IMG/VR virus record: IMGVR_UViG_3300036976_000011
Coordinates: 26,408 to 90,407 of that record
DNA length: 64,000 bases
Strand: one strand, 5' to 3'
DNA from: a virus
Taxonomy: Duplodnaviria; Caudoviricetes
Shown here: positions 63,074 to 64,000 of the stretch, piece by piece
Layout: each line of letters opens with the position of its first letter
Numbering within the stretch: the stretch's first letter is position 1
The notes under the pieces: generated by a model
The model's database searches: none
Told to the model about the DNA's origin: nothing
Seen by the model: only the letters and a program-made list of their open reading frames with translations
Translations under genes and position numbers: made by a program

Positions 63074-64000
63074 TCATAAGAAAACAAATTCCACGCTCCC
63101 AGTCTGCCAGTGCGCTAATATCAGCGCCTCGCCGCGGTCTGGACTGCGTCCCAGGCGCTTTTTGATGCTTTCTTTATCCTCTATCGTCATACCGCTAACA
63201 GCGACTTTGTACCGTGGCGCGCACAGGTCAGCTAGCAACTGGCGGTCATCTGGGATAGCCAAATCATCACCGTGCTCTGGATCAAGCGCCTCGCGCAGTG
63301 ACCAGAATGCTGCTGCTCGAACATTGCGCATTTTTAATCGCCCGCTGCGGTCGCGTAGGTTGCTTCCCTCTGCAAAGTTCACGCTCTGCATAGGTAGCCC
63401 TGCATTCTGCCCCGTGTCGTAAACCGATGAACCTATACCAATAACGTCAACGTTGACCGGCGCTTTGCCCTCGTGGGCACTAGCAACTAGGGCAACTGCC
63501 GCTGGCCCGTCCTTGACTTGCGCACCGGGGTAGCACAATAGCTCGTCAAACCAATTGTCATACCGCTTGCAAATAACTGTTTCATCTCGCCCGCCACGCG
63601 AGGGGTCAATGCCAATAGCAGATAGTGGCACGTCGGGTTTCTCCCGCTCCCGCCATCGCTCCTGTGCCAATTGCACCCACTCGGTCGGTATGACTTGCCA
63701 CGGGTCAACTTCAGCCGCTACGTCAAAATCGCCGTAAAGAAGCTGTGAGCGCAACGGCTCAGGGAGACCTTGCAAGATGCGCCCGTAATCCGTATCACGC
63801 AGGTATGGATTGTCATCTAGCCGCGCAGGGATGAACGTGCGTGACTTGGGCCTGATAGTTTCGCCGTTGTGATTGAATGGCTTTCCGCTCTCTAGCTCAA
63901 TATCCTCACCATCTATTGGCGCAAACCAGCGCAGCTCACCGGGCCGCGCCGGGTTCGGGTGCTGTGAATTGAGCCACGGCCCCCAATAGTTTATGACCCA
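63074..64000 (-). CDS. terminase large subunit, C-terminal part (5' end outside window)
   Basis: Open frame from window edge; FIPARLDDNPYL, nuclease IGIDPSRGG.D, VDVIGIG, SPDRGEAL. Confidence 0.9.
   Translation of the reverse strand, partial: WVINYWGPWLNSQHPNPARPGELRWFAPIDGEDIELESGKPFNHNGETIRPKSRTFIPARLDDNPYLRDTDYGRILQGLPEPLRSQLLYGDFDVAAEVDPWQVIPTEWVQLAQERWREREKPDVPLSAIGIDPSRGGRDETVICKRYDNWFDELLCYPGAQVKDGPAAVALVASAHEGKAPVNVDVIGIGSSVYDTGQNAGLPMQSVNFAEGSNLRDRSGRLKMRNVRAAAFWSLREALDPEHGDDLAIPDDRQLLADLCAPRYKVAVSGMTIEDKESIKKRLGRSPDRGEALILAHWQTGSVEFVFL

Noticed and set aside
336-63737. Plus-strand ORFs in the track
   Set aside because: Shadow ORFs antisense to well-supported minus-strand genes, with no recognisable motifs

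Overview
This window is most of a ~53% GC tailed-phage (siphovirus-like) genome, with essentially all genes on the minus strand. Read in transcription direction (64000 to 1), it contains: terminase large subunit (partial), portal, MuF minor head protein, a 1073-aa multi-catalytic lysin, prohead protease, major capsid, connector/tail genes (with a GT2-TPR glycosyltransferase, a sulfatase-like enzyme and two proteases interspersed), tail assembly chaperone with -1 frameshift, tape measure and tail fibre. An early region follows with a type IV-B CRISPR-Cas effector module (csf1, cas11, csf2, csf3, cysH-like) interrupted by a SPOUT RNA methyltransferase, a dense cluster of structured non-coding RNAs, tRNAs and tRNA-like RNAs around an RNA ligase, a DNA methyltransferase, a TnpB followed by a two-repeat type I-E-like CRISPR mini-array, AEP primase plus SF3 helicase, RecU, an exonuclease, an SSB-like protein, ParM/ParR-like partition genes and a TGT/DpdA-like + VUT pair. 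No integrase, cas6, cas1/2 or tnpA is visible. The strongest leads are (1) the IV-B module, mini-array and co-promoted structured-RNA cluster as a possible RNA-guided or RNA-scaffolded phage system, (2) TnpB coupled to CRISPR repeats, and (3) an in-frame UGA at a conserved Cys of the MuF protein followed by a bacterial SECIS-like hairpin (candidate phage selenoprotein). All family calls come from motif recognition and all RNA folds were done by hand; no database searches or folding software were run.
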